Shown: positions 14,332-26,019, counted from the stretch's first letter. The stretch: DNA of 64,000 nucleotides from a virus (IMGVR_UViG_3300028591_000087:96001-160000), one strand, 5' to 3'. Made by a program: numbers and translations. Notes: generated from the letters alone by a model not told the origin.

Positions 14332-14544
14332 ATGATTAAGAATACACTTTATCGTTACCTCGGCACAAACGGAGTAATTGAGTCTCCTGTGCATCTTGAG
14401 GATATTTATTATGTCCGTATAGTACAGTTGATTGCGGAAGGCCGCAATCAACTTACTGACGGTGAGAAATACGTTAAGACAATTACAGTGCCTGAAGACG
14501 AAGTCTCTAAATGGCACGAAATTCCTTTGGGCGTAAATAACTAA
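14332..14544 (+). CDS. Small hypothetical protein (70 aa) downstream of the giant protein
   Basis: AAGGAG RBS, ATG, TAA stop. Confidence 0.75.
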   Translation: MIKNTLYRYLGTNGVIESPVHLEDIYYVRIVQLIAEGRNQLTDGEKYVKTITVPEDEVSKWHEIPLGVNN

Positions 14545-14580
14545 ATAATATAGGACGTTTTTTATATTATTTAGAAGCTT

Positions 14581-14608
14581 GGGGCTTCTTCGGAAGCCCC
14601 ATTTTTTG
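14581..14608 (+). terminator. Rho-independent terminator
   Basis: GGGGCTTC-TTCG-GAAGCCCC followed by ATTTTTT. Confidence 0.85.
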
Positions 14609-14628
14609 TGTAAAAGGAGAGAATAATC

Positions 14629-15102
14629 ATGGCAACAGTAATTGTTGATGCGAAACCCACAATGAGGGCAATAGGAATCAATGGTAGTTCTCAAGTCAAC
14701 ATCGAAGAAGTTGAATGGTGCCTTGAGAACTCTCTTACAAAAGATACCGACGTGTATGCTATAATACAAGGTCGGAAATCTCGCTTATATGATATTGTGC
14801 GATTGGTTGGCGGACAACCTTACGATAAACTTCATACTATTTATAAGATTTATCCAGATCAAAATCTTAGAATAAATGACGAACAGGTACTTGTTAAATT
14901 AATGATACTTGATCGTGGGAAGACAGGACAGCGTACTACTAACTCCATTGCGTTTATCCTTGAAACTGATAATTACGCATTAGCACGTTAGACCGCAATC
15001 GCGCACGAACTTGGCCTCACATTAGATCGCTATTATGAGGCACTTACTCTAATGCTTAACGAATTAAAGAAAGGGGATATCGTTGATGATAACGAAAGTT
15101 AA
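14629..15102 (+). CDS. Hypothetical protein, 157 aa with TAG=Gln (TAG 14989)
   Basis: AGGAG RBS; readthrough runs to TAA 15100-15102, overlapping the next start and closing the gap. Confidence 0.7.
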
Positions 15103-16843
15103 TGGCAATAACTATGAAGAGTTATTCCGTGCGGCTGAAGTGCAATTAGGCAAGCCAACTGGTAGTATTGATACTATTCACGCTTATCTTGACGCCATTT
15201 CCGCAATCAATGTACGTAAAGACTCTAACAACTATAATCTTTTAAGATTACCAGTTGAAGCAGATGAACCTCTCTTCGTAATTGATGCTAATACTCGTGA
15301 AATTAAGATTCCAGACGTATTCAAACAGAATGGTTTGACCATCCAGGGCGATATGCTTGCTGAAATCGTTTATTTCAAAATGGCTCGTTTCTTCGATATG
15401 ATGGACTTATATCGTTTCAGAAATGACAACTTCGATGGTACTACTCATATGGGCGCACACGCTTATATTGAATGGTACAATCCTTCCGCGAAAGCAGAAG
15501 AATATCAGAAGGGTGTAGACTTAGCATACGCAATGACCTGCGATGATGACTACATTTATTTCGGATGGCCTCTTGCTGATAAGGTTTCTGGTGAAGCAGG
15601 TAATATTCAGTTTACCGTTCGTTTCCTTGAGATCGAAGGCGACGAGATTATTTATAACTATTCTACTAAGATTGCAAGTTGTGAAATTAAGACAACTTTG
15701 AATTTTGATATTAAAGATGGCGGATTGAAAATTGACTCTTATGAAGATTTGCTTTATAACCGCGCAATTTATTCTTCTGTTATCAACTCTATTGAATCTC
15801 CAGCTGCTATTCTCTTGAAGGGTATTGAAACTGGCATTTATGATATGACTAAGACAATTGAGGAATATGACACCGGAGCAATTGATGAAAATGAAGATCC
15901 AATTATGGGAGAAAGAGAAGTATGGAATCTTGATATTCCTGTTGTAGCTACTGTTTCTTCTGCTATTGGAACTAATCCTAATACTGGTGAGCCTTTGACT
16001 CAGACCTTAACCTTCCAGTGGTATCGTAATGACTTACAGCTTCCTGCTTCTGAAATTCCTGCTCGTGTTACTACTGGTAACGCTCCTGCAGAATATGAAG
16101 ATGAAAAAGCAAAACAGTCTGTATTCCACGCAAATAAAGTTGGTCGTTACACAGTTTATATCGGCAACCAGATCGAAGGTAAAAACAATGTTCGTTATAT
16201 CTACACTGGTACCGTTACTATCCCTGGTCCAGAAGCAGTTGTTATGGACCGTTCTGGTATCTCTGATAAGGGCTATGTTGGTAAGGTAGTATTAACTGCG
16301 GGTGTAGCCAATACAGTTTCTCAGTTAAATCCTGTATATACTTGGTATAAGTATGTTGATGGTGAAGCAGTAGAAATTCCTGGCGTAACTGGTGCTACTT
16401 ACACTCCTACAGACGAGGGTGTATACTTTGCGCACGTAAAAAACTTACGTAATGGCGAAGAGACTGGCGATTCTGACGCTTCCTTCTCTCAAGAGTCTGA
16501 TGTACGTATGGCTCCACAGAGACTTACTAGCTTGACTCTTGATTATAACGCTCAGGGTAAATATTTCGTATGTACTGCAACCCATGCTTATGCAGGACAT
16601 AAGATTCACTACACTTGGTATCGTTTGGATCCTAAGACTCTTGAACAGTCTATCATCAAGGATGAATTGACTGGTACTCAGAGTGAATTTGAGCCAACAC
16701 AGCCTGGTAACTACTATGTATATGCTCGTGAAGTAGTATTTGATGATGATCCAATTCTTCGGACTGAAGCTTCTGCATCTGATCGTTCTACTTCTAATGA
16801 AATTCAGCTTGATGAAAATTTACAGCAGATCGTTGGTGAATAA
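15086..16843 (+). CDS. Baseplate/tail protein with a BppU-like N-terminal region and Ig-like domains
   Basis: FVIDANTREIKIP...QGDMLAEIVYF...AGNIQFTVRF resembles the next gene; TFQWYRND, YTWYK..IPGVTGATYTPTDEGVY and YTWYR Ig-like motifs. Confidence 0.65.
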   Translation: MITKVNGNNYEELFRAAEVQLGKPTGSIDTIHAYLDAISAINVRKDSNNYNLLRLPVEADEPLFVIDANTREIKIPDVFKQNGLTIQGDMLAEIVYFKMARFFDMMDLYRFRNDNFDGTTHMGAHAYIEWYNPSAKAEEYQKGVDLAYAMTCDDDYIYFGWPLADKVSGEAGNIQFTVRFLEIEGDEIIYNYSTKIASCEIKTTLNFDIKDGGLKIDSYEDLLYNRAIYSSVINSIESPAAILLKGIETGIYDMTKTIEEYDTGAIDENEDPIMGEREVWNLDIPVVATVSSAIGTNPNTGEPLTQTLTFQWYRNDLQLPASEIPARVTTGNAPAEYEDEKAKQSVFHANKVGRYTVYIGNQIEGKNNVRYIYTGTVTIPGPEAVVMDRSGISDKGYVGKVVLTAGVANTVSQLNPVYTWYKYVDGEAVEIPGVTGATYTPTDEGVYFAHVKNLRNGEETGDSDASFSQESDVRMAPQRLTSLTLDYNAQGKYFVCTATHAYAGHKIHYTWYRLDPKTLEQSIIKDELTGTQSEFEPTQPGNYYVYAREVVFDDDPILRTEASASDRSTSNEIQLDENLQQIVGE

Positions 16844-16865
16844 TCTTTAAAGGAGGGAGCTACAG

Positions 16866-17522
16866 ATGGCTGATACTGAATTATACGATGAATATTATCA
16901 ACAGCATCCATATTACGCTCTTTTAAGACAGATCCAAGATAAAACAATTGCTGTAAATACTCAGAAAAATCTTTTATCTGTAAATTTGTTCAAGATTGAT
17001 CTGGATACACGTGAAATTATTGCTCCACCTGGTTATACCGAGTTTATCGGTATAACCGGTGAGCACAAATCTGAGACAATCACATTCCAGGTTGACCGGT
17101 ATTATGAAGATATTGATCTTGCGAATATGACGATTGTTGTTGAATACGTCAACGCAGATGGCGAAGGAAGAGTGTCTCCAATAGTATTGAGAGATTATGA
17201 TACTTTCCCAGATCAAATTCTTTTTGACTGGATTATAGACGCGGGAATGACAAAATCCGCAGGTATTGTTTATTTCGATGTACGTTTTTATATGGTTGGC
17301 GACTCAGTAGATGGAAACCCTGAAAACCGTCCATTGGTTTATAGTTTGCGCACAAAACCATTTACTTCAAACGTTATTGATACTTTACCTCTTGATCCAG
17401 ACGAATTTGAAGAACAATATCGTGATGCTTTTGCGGATCAATTAGACGCTTTAATTGGCGCCACCGCAAATTTAGAAACTAAAATTGAAAATAAAGAATT
17501 ATATTGGATAGATATTGTATAA
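16866..17522 (+). CDS. BppU-like baseplate upper protein N-terminal-domain protein
   Basis: GEHKSETITFQVDRYYEDIDL...WIIDAGMTKSAGIVYFDVRF; paralogous to the N-terminus of 15086..16843. Confidence 0.6.
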   Translation: MADTELYDEYYQQHPYYALLRQIQDKTIAVNTQKNLLSVNLFKIDLDTREIIAPPGYTEFIGITGEHKSETITFQVDRYYEDIDLANMTIVVEYVNADGEGRVSPIVLRDYDTFPDQILFDWIIDAGMTKSAGIVYFDVRFYMVGDSVDGNPENRPLVYSLRTKPFTSNVIDTLPLDPDEFEEQYRDAFADQLDALIGATANLETKIENKELYWIDIV

Positions 17523-17534
17523 GGAGGGTAACAT

Positions 17535-19817
17535 ATGCCAAGTAATCCAGTCGTAAAATTAAAACGGGGTTCATATAGTACCTTATCAAGCTATCCTACT
17601 ATTGATGGCACTTTATATTTTGGAGTCGATGCAACTCCAACTTTATAGCAGTCTGAAAAAGGCGATAATGCGGCTTACAATTTATTCGTGTTGGACATGG
17701 ATGATGGTACTGGTAGTATAATTCGTAAAACCCTTGATGGTTATCGCGCATTATATGCAAAAGAAGCTGGAACAGCTGATTCCGCAGCCATTTGGTCTTC
17801 TTCTTCAGTATTTAAAATTCAAGATAATGACGGCACAAATACAGAAGCCAGTGGTGTTTCTGTTAATGGTAGCGCAGCCACTTATACATTAAAATTACCA
17901 GCAACTATTAAGGCTTCTATCACTGGTAATTTGACTGGTACTGCTGATAAAGCTAAACAGTTAGTCAATGGTAGTGGTACAGCATATAGTATTGGTTCTT
18001 CTACAAAACCTGTTTACTTCTCTAATGGTGTTCCTGTTGCAGTAGACAGTGTTGATGCAACCGCTACAGCAGCTGATAAGTGGTCTTCTCCAAAAGTTTT
18101 CCGCATTGAAGACAGTGCAACTACACCTCATAAAGGCGCAGATGTTAGCGTTGATGGTTCTAATGCAACTTATGTTTTAAAGTTACCTGCTACAATTCAG
18201 GCTTCATTAAGTGGTACTGCTACTAATGCTACTAAGTTAGTAAATAGTAGTAATGGGGCTGCTTATACTGTTGGTGATACAACACAACCTATTTACTTTA
18301 ATAATGGTGTTCCTACTGTTATGGGTACCACGCTTGGTTCTAGTGGTACTAATGGTGTATCTTGGACTGTTTATGGTACTTTAATGGGTACTGCTACAAA
18401 AGCAGAATCCTTAGCTTTAACTCAAAAAGTCGGCGACACTAATCGCCCAGTATTCTTTAGTGCTGAAGGTTTACCAGTTGCAGTTACTAGTTTAGATGCT
18501 TCTTTAATTAGTGGTACAATTAGTGCTGATAACTTACCAGCCAGCGTTAAAGAACGTATGATTGTTGTTGCTGATGAAGCAGCAATGAAGGCATTAAGTG
18601 ATGCTAATGCTCAGGAAGGTGACACAGTTCGTCTTTCTGGCACTGGTTCGGATAAATCTTTATATTATATTGTATCCAAGAGTGCAACTTCACTTCCTTC
18701 TGATACAATTACTGGTACAAACTTCAAATTCGTTCCATATAGCGCAGGTAGTGCGGCCCATGCAGATAATGCAACAACTGCAGATACATTATCTTCAGCT
18801 AAGTCCTTCTCCATTACTGGCGGTGTTGCTACATCTAATAGTATTAGTTTCAATGGTAGTGGTAATGTTGCATTAAGTGTAACCACTTTAGCTCTTGGTA
18901 GCTTTACTTCTATTACTGGTCAGTTAGGTTATGCAAATGGTGGTACTGGATTTAGTTCATACACCAAGGGCGATATGATCTATGCTAGTGCTAATAACAC
19001 TTTATCTAAGTTGGCTATTGGCACTACTGGTCAGATTATGACAGCAAACAATGGCATCCCTACTTGGACAGACACAAGTGATATTACTGATGTTGGTTCT
19101 GCTCAACAGTTATCAGTTACTAAGACAATTAACGGCACAGGCTTCAATGGTACTGGCAATATTGTTACTGCTACTTGGGGTACTGCGCGCACAATTACAA
19201 TTTCTGACAAGGATGGAACAAATACTGAATCTACTGCTAACATCAATGGTGGTTCAGACTTCACATTAAAATTACCTGCAACTATTAAAGCTACTTTAGC
19301 TGGTAAAGCTAATACTGCTGGTACTGCAGATAAAGTCGCTAATGCATTAACATTATCTTACACTAATGTTGGTGGTGCTTCTTCTACTGCTGTTACATTC
19401 GATGGTAGTCAAAATAGTGCAGCCTTTACAGTTAGCGCAGATAATTTGTTCTATAAGTTCACTGCAACTAAAACATTTAGCTCAGCCGTTACTGCCGGAA
19501 CCTGGACTGCGATTGGCACTCCAACTGGTATGTCAACAGGCACATATATTGTACAAATTGCTACAAATAATGCAACCTTTAATGTTGAATTGTTTAGTGG
19601 CGTAATGAGTTTCTCTTCTGAAACTTGCGAAAATGTTTCTACCGCAACAGATAGTCATGAAGTTATTCTTCATGCTTGCGGAAAGAATGCTAAGACTCAT
19701 AATATCTTCTTACGTACACGTAGAGTACAGAATAATAAGGTTGTTATTGAGTTCTCTGCTGACGTAGGATTTACTACAAGCGATCAGCTTACATTTACAT
19801 TCAGAAGAATGATTTAA
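17535..19817 (+). CDS. Tail fibre protein, 760 aa with TAG=Gln (TAG 17646)
   Basis: AAGGAGG RBS and ATG 17535 in frame with ORF 17688; N-terminus VKLKRGSY...IDGTLYFG; three LKLPATI repeats and PVYFSNGVP repeats. Confidence 0.8.
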
Positions 19818-19840
19818 TAGATAAAAAGGAGTGATTTCAT

Positions 19841-22800
19841 TTGGCGGAAATTAGACTACCCTTGTCTGGGACAAGTACGCATAAAAGTGTAAATCCTTCT
19901 TCTTTAACGTTAAAAACAGATGCTAGTACTTCCGTTGTTTATGACGGAAGTACTGGTAAAACTGTTAATCTATATAGTTTGTCTGTGGCTTCAGCTGACA
20001 AATGGACTAGCACTTGTAATTTAACAATTGGTAATAAAACAATTGCAGTAGATGGCTCTACGGCACAGACTTGGTCTTTGGCTGCTATTGGTGCTTTACC
20101 GGCGGCTGGAGGAAAAGCTACAGGACGTATTTATAGAGAAGGTGCTTCTACCAACTGGAATAAAGGTAGATCAAATGCTTTAGTCGCAACCTCAACAATT
20201 AGTGGTTACTCTCCTTTTGCGTCTATTAAAACTAAAAATGGTTCTTGGGATATCGGTGCTTATGATAATGCTAATTATCAAGATGATTTAATTTTTTCAT
20301 ATGTAACTGATACATTATTTAATGGTTCTAGTTCTAATACAACTGCGCAAATTAGATTCCTTGAAAATGGTCATATTGTTGCTGATTTAGATGGTAATGC
20401 ATCAACAGCTTCAAGCGCAGCCAAGTGGGCAGCCACAAAATCTTTCACTATTGGTAATACTACAAGATCAGTAGATGGTTCTTCAGATGTTTCTTGGACG
20501 GTTGCTGAAATTGGTGCGGCCGCTTCAAGTCATACTCATGGAAACATTACTAATAGTGGCGCTAAATCTGGTACAACTGTTAAATCAACAGATGTTGTAA
20601 CTACTTCACATAAATTTTTACGTGAAGATGGCACATGGCAAGTTCCTATTTATTTAACTATTGGTAGTACCGCAAGTCAAGCTATGGCTGGTAATACTAA
20701 TGTTAATAATGTTGCTATTAGCGCAAATGTAACTACTAATGCTAATTATCCTGTTGTGTTTGCAGTAACTAATACCAGCACAACTTCTGCGAAGAATGAA
20801 GGATTGCAGAAAGCTAGTACGTTATACTTTAATCCTTCTACTGGTACTCTTACTGCTACTAAGTTCTCTGGTAATGTAACAGGTTCATCTGGATCTTGTA
20901 CTGGTAATGCAGCCACAGCGACTAAATTTGCTTCTAGTTAGTCTGTCGCTTTAACAGGTGTTGTAACTGGTTCTGCAAGTTCTCAAGCAGGTTGGTCTAT
21001 TACCACTACTATTGGATCTGGTAAAGTTACTAACGCTATGTTAGAAGGTTCTATTGCTAATGGCAAGTTGGCTAATTCAAGTATGACATTTGGTAGTCAA
21101 CAAATTAGTCTTGGTGGAGAACTTAGTTTACCTACATTACTTACTGACTTAGGTATTACGAGAGTTTTCCAATATTTAGGTTCGACAAAAAATGTACCAT
21201 CTGGATCGACAGTAAATAATATCAATTGTGTATCAGGTGATATGGTTCTTGTTACTGGTAATGCTACTGCTTCTAATGATGGTATTTATGTATATAATGG
21301 CTCCACTTGGGATAAGATTGACTCTTCCAATGGTGCCTATAAAGTTTTACAGACTGGTACAAGCGGAACAGGTTCCACGCTTAAAACTATCACTTCTTGG
21401 AGCCAAAATGAAAATGGTGAAATTACTATTACATATAGTGATATTCAAAGTGGTACAACCAGTCAAAAAGGTTTAGTTCAATTAGCTAGTTCTCATAGTG
21501 CATCTGATTCGACAATGGCTGCGACAGGTGCTACAGTTGCATCAGCTATATCTGCTGCCATTGGCGCATTAGATGGTTCTATTACTGGTTCTGCTGGTTC
21601 TGGTAAGACTTTAACTGCGTTTAGTGAAACAAATGGCGTTGTCAGTGCTACATTTGGTAATATTAGTATTACTAAATCGCAGATTTCTGACTTCCCATCT
21701 ACAATGACTCCTGCAAGTCATACTCATGGCAATATTTCAAATGCTGGTGCAATTACCGCAAATGCTGTTACTATTGCTAATAATGATTTTATAATTGTTG
21801 GAGATGCAAGCGATAGTAGTAAACTTACAAAAGGTCCTGTATTTGATGGTTCAACTGCTACTCAGTGTTTAACTAAAAAAGGTACTTGGGCTAATTTCAA
21901 TAATTATTCATTACCAACTACTACATATAATACACTGGGTGGCGTAAAACCTTGGTACAGTCATACATCTGCTAGCACTGGTCCTACTGCAGGATCTAAT
22001 GCTACTGCAGTCGCTGTTAATACTATTAGTTCTACTGCTGGTAGATATTATGCTGTTGAATCTGATAGCAATGGTAGATTATTTGTAAACGTTCCTTGGT
22101 CCGGCGGTGATACATCTGGATTGTTGCCTAAATCTGGTGGAACAATGACTGGTACATTAACTCTTCGTGGAGTTAAAGGTACCTCCACAATTGACTATGG
22201 TGATGTTCTTCCTGCTGATGGCGCAGAAGGTAGAATTTTCTTCCAGGTCAGTGATGGTGGATCTGATATGCCTCCAGGTGGTACAACAGGTCAAGCGCTC
22301 GTTAAAGCAAGTAATGCTGATGGCGATGTAACTTGGGGCGCTGCGGGTGGTATTTTAAGACCTACTACTACAACTAAATACTATGTTGGTGGATCTGCAT
22401 CTAAAACTGAAAATACAAATCCAATCTTGTTCGATACAGCGATCTATGTTGAAAATAGTGTTCTTCAAGGCGCAGCTTGGAACGACTATGCTGAATATCG
22501 TGCAACTAAAGAAGTAATTGAAGCCGGACGTTGTGTGGTTGAAGTCGGCGATGATACGCTCGAATTATCGACTTCCCGCAGACAACCAGGAGCTGAAATT
22601 GTTTCCGATACATTTGGTTTTGCTATTGGTCAAACTGAAAAATGTAACACTCCTATTGCAGTTACTGGACGTGTTCTTGCGTTCCCTTATGAAGATTTAA
22701 GTCGATTTACTCCTGGTCGACCTGTATGTTCTGGTCCGCAAGGTACAGTAAGTGTAATGAGTGATGAAGAAGCTCGAAACTATCCTTGGTGTATAATTGG

Positions 22801-22885
22801 TACTGTTTCTGGTATTCCGCAAGAAGAATATTGGGGTGCTAATAAAGTATCAACCAAAGGAAGAGTTTGGATTAGAGTGAAGTAA
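19841..22885 (+). CDS. Tail fibre/spike protein, 1014 aa with TAG=Gln (TAG 20939), C-terminal Peptidase_G2-like intramolecular chaperone/autocleavage domain
   Basis: ORFs 19841 and 21038 are in frame across one TAG; SHTHGNI and LPKSGGTMTG fibre motifs; AAWNDYAEY...PIAVTGRV C-terminal domain. Confidence 0.8.
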
Positions 22886-22886
22886 T

Positions 22887-23432
22887 ATGCCTAGTTATCA
22901 GTCAAGTCATACAGGAGCTTAGCATGATGATTATGTGACAAAGACTGAACTAGTTAATTTGATTTATCCAATTGGCGCTATTTATATAAGTACAAATAGC
23001 GCCGATCCTTCTTTATTATTTGGTGGCTCTTGGACACAAATTGAGGATACATTTTTACTTGGTGCTGGAAGCACATATACGGCTGGTGGGACTGGTGGAA
23101 GTGCGGATCATACACATACGACTAATGCTGGTACTACTGGTGCGCATACTTTAACAGAATCAGAATTGCCTAAAATTAGTGGTAGTTTAAGATGGCATGG
23201 CCAAGAACATGGTACACATATTTATCATATTGATGGACATTGTACTGGTAATCTTATTAATGGTATGTATCAAACTACAGGACAAACTTCAGGTGCATAT
23301 TCATATGGTGACACCGGATTTGCATTTGGTGGCGATGGTTCTCACACACATCCACAAACATCCGTTGGTACATCTTCATCATCAAATCTCCCGCCATATT
23401 TAGTAGTTTATATTTGGAAGAGGGTGGCATAA
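22887..23432 (+). CDS. Short fibre-tip/baseplate gp10-C-like protein with MPSY tag, 181 aa (TAG 22920)
   Basis: ATG 22887 directly after the upstream stop; MPSYQSSHTGA(Q)HDDY continues in frame into YPIGAIYIS...FGGSW...HTH...NLPPYLVVYIWKRVA. Confidence 0.8.
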
Positions 23433-23900
23433 TTGCCTTCATATAATTCACAACATACTGGTTTACAAATTGATAATGGTATTATCGCCGCCAATGCGGC
23501 CTTGTCTAAATCTGAGGCTTCAACTACTTATTTAACATAGGCTAAGGCGGCTTCTACTTATTTAACATAGGCAAATGCTTCTACTACCTATTTAACACAA
23601 ACAAACGCTGCCAGTACATATTTTCCTAAATCAAACGTATTTATCATAACAGATAAAACTGTTGCTATTGCGGACTGGGCATCTGATGCCACCTATACTG
23701 CTTATCCATATAAAGCTATTGTTTCAGATTCTCGTGTCACAGCGAGTACATATTGTGAAGTTGTATTTAATTTGACAGATGCAACTTCTGGTTATTTTGC
23801 CCCAATTTGTAATAGTGTTGCGGGCGGAATTGAGATATGGGCTAGTTCCATCCCTTTGACCGCAATCACTATTCCAACTATTAAGTGTACGATAGGATAA
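23433..23900 (+). CDS. MPSY-tag tail-associated protein, 155 aa (TAG 23538, 23568); absent from the ORF track
   Basis: TTG start immediately after the upstream TAA; (M)PSYNSQHTGLQIDN; ASTTYLT(Q) decapeptide repeats; ends TAA 23898-23900 overlapping the next RBS. Confidence 0.8.
23517..23621 (+). repeat. 30-bp coding tandem repeat (TYLT-Q-xxAxx), about 3.5 copies
   Basis: TATTTAACATAG, TATTTAACATAG and TATTTAACACAA at 30-bp spacing. Confidence 0.9.
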
Positions 23901-23913
23901 GGAGTGAATATCA

Positions 23914-24138
23914 ATGGCATCAGGCGGTGTAGCCGTTTGGCATACAACAGATTTTGATTATTATAAGGTTAAACTATATAAAAATGGTTCCTGGAAGGGA
24001 GCTACTCCTTGGGTATACACTGACGGAGAGTGGAGAAAAGTCGGTGGCGCAAATTGCCTGATGATTGAGTGGTATGACAAGAATGGCAATTTGATGGTTG
24101 ATTCTCAAGGAAGAACAATTTTGGTACGTGATAGATAA
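23914..24138 (+). CDS. Small tail-associated protein (74 aa)
   Basis: AAGGAG RBS; KLYKNGSWKGATPWVYTDGEWRKV beta-hairpin repeat; TAATG overlap with the next gene. Confidence 0.75.
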   Translation: MASGGVAVWHTTDFDYYKVKLYKNGSWKGATPWVYTDGEWRKVGGANCLMIEWYDKNGNLMVDSQGRTILVRDR

Positions 24139-24713
24139 TGCCAAGTTATAATTCTACCCATACTGGTATATAGATTGATAATGCCGTTGACACTTACTAG
24201 ACTCAATCTTAGGTTTAGGCTTTAATTAATAGCGCAATTGAAACAGCTGTCGCGCAAACCAAATTAGCTATGTATCCTATTGGGTCTATATATATGTCAT
24301 TGCAGAATACAAATCCTAGCGCATTCATTGGTGGTACTTGGCAATAGATTAAAGATACATTTATACTCGCAGCGGGAGATACTTATACTGCTGGTGATAT
24401 TAGCGGCAAAGCCACACATACACATACAACGATAGAAACTACTACAGGAAGCCATATATTAACAGTTAATGAAATGCCATCTCATAGACATGCTACTTCT
24501 AACTATAATGGTGGCGGTAATAGCGCTGGACATGCAACTACAAATGCATATCCACATGGTGATAGAAATTATTGGAACTATAATAATCCTGGTTATTCTA
24601 GTTATACAGGTGGAGGATAGGGGCATACACATACACAAGTATCTACAACTACTTCAAGCGAATCAAATATGCCTCCTTATCTTGTAGCATATGTTTGGAA
24701 AAGAATAGCATAA
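24138..24713 (+). CDS. Short fibre-tip/gp10-C-like protein with MPSY tag, 191 aa, six TAGs; absent from the ORF track
   Basis: MPSYNSTHTGI(Q)IDNAV...MYPIGSIYMS..NPSAFIGGTWQ(Q)IKDTF...HTH...NMPPYLVAYVWKRIA; paralogue of 22887..23432. Confidence 0.85.
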
Positions 24714-24726
24714 AGTTGGTGATGAT

Positions 24727-25059
24727 ATGGTCGGCACCACAAATACAAACACTAAAATTGATTTATCACCTTATGCTTTATCATCTTCAGTTCCTATTAT
24801 AAAACGTGGGTACGTTTAGTTTGGTCAGTCTGGTAGCACAAATATAGGTAGTACAACTTATTATGGTAGTGCAACAGTTTATTATGGATATACATTTCCA
24901 AGCGCACCGACAGTCATTTTAACAGGGAATGATTTATCAAGTGGTGTATTTGGTGCAGAAATTGATGGCGCAGTAACTAATACATATTTCCAATGTACAG
25001 GATATGGCGCAAGTAGTGGTACATATGGTGTATATTGGGTAGCGGTTTGGACGGGATAA
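24727..25059 (+). CDS. MVGTT-tag small protein, 110 aa, H-type-lectin/gp53-C-like (one TAG)
   Basis: GGTGA RBS; MVGTTN...KRGYV(Q)FG...YTFPSAPTVIL...YWVAVWTG; ends TAA. Confidence 0.7.
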
Positions 25060-25061
25060 GT

Positions 25062-25451
25062 ATGATTGGTACGACTAATATTGAAGCTCGTTTAGCTTAT
25101 GGATGGAAACGTTGGGGTTCAATTAGTTTATCTGGCGGTAATTCTTCTACTCAAAGTATTACAATTACAACTCATGGTCATCCTGTATATTTGAGTTTAA
25201 TGGGTAATAATAATCCTGATAATAATGCTTGGTGTAGAGGTTATATCTATAGAGGATCTACTGAGTTATGTTATGTAACTTGTCACGATCCAGGAGCATC
25301 TACAAATCGTCCATTTTGTTGTTAGTATTTAGATATTATAGAAGCTGGAACTTATACATATAATTTTAAAATATAGACACATTCTGGGACTATTAGTTAT
25401 TCTGAGAACGGTGCAAATGAAAGTCCTTCTTGTGTTTGTTTTGAGATTTGA
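25062..25451 (+). CDS. MIGTT-tag small beta-rich protein, 129 aa (two TAGs)
   Basis: ATG 2 nt after the upstream stop; readthrough gives LDIIEAGTYTYNFKI(Q); ends TGA. Confidence 0.7.
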
Positions 25452-25460
25452 GGGATGCAT

Positions 25461-26018
25461 ATGGTTGGAATAACGTCAGCAGTAGAAACATATCGTAATT
25501 TTAATATAGGTACTGAACCAATCTATATGCATAAAGATAATAATACTTATGTCCAAGTATATTACCATGATACTGGAGCTGGTTATTGGACAAAAAGTCT
25601 TTCAAGTATATTATATTCTACTGATTCGCGCAAATATTCATTATTTAGTAAATTAGATTAGTTAACTTATCAACCAAGCATATATCAATTTATTTTAGAG
25701 TATCCTGGATATAGTAGCACATCATATAATGAATGGTCTCAAACATCAAATCCTACAATGTATGACAATGCTGTTACTGGTTATACTCCAATTCATATTG
25801 ATTGGAATGGGTCAAGTTCTTCTGTTTATTTTAATGGTTTAAGTTTTATGCCAAGTCATTCATCTTGTTATTGTAAAAGTTATTGTGGCACATCAAGTAA
25901 CTGGTGGTTTGCTTTATTTTCTTATAGTTCTTATGAAGGCGGAGTACCTGGCCCAGAATGGGGCTCAAGCTCATATAAAATAGTTACTAAAATACGTTTA
26001 TGGTTGCGGGTGAAGTAA
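25461..26018 (+). CDS. MVGIT-tag protein, 185 aa, fibrinogen-C/lectin-like (TAG 25659)
   Basis: ORFs 25455 and 25758 join across one TAG: YQFILEYP...YNEWSQTSNP...WWFAL...IRLWLRVK. Confidence 0.7.
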
Positions 26019-26019
26019 T

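Noticed and set aside
14317-14769. 150-aa minus-strand ORF and similar short antisense or off-frame track ORFs
   Set aside because: They overlap well-supported genes or terminators and have no RBS or motifs
23517-23621. 30-bp repeat as a mini-CRISPR or replication origin
   Set aside because: In-frame coding repeat with synonymous variation and no spacers
24469-24687. 72-aa plus-strand track ORF
   Set aside because: Off-frame inside the recoded gene 24138..24713
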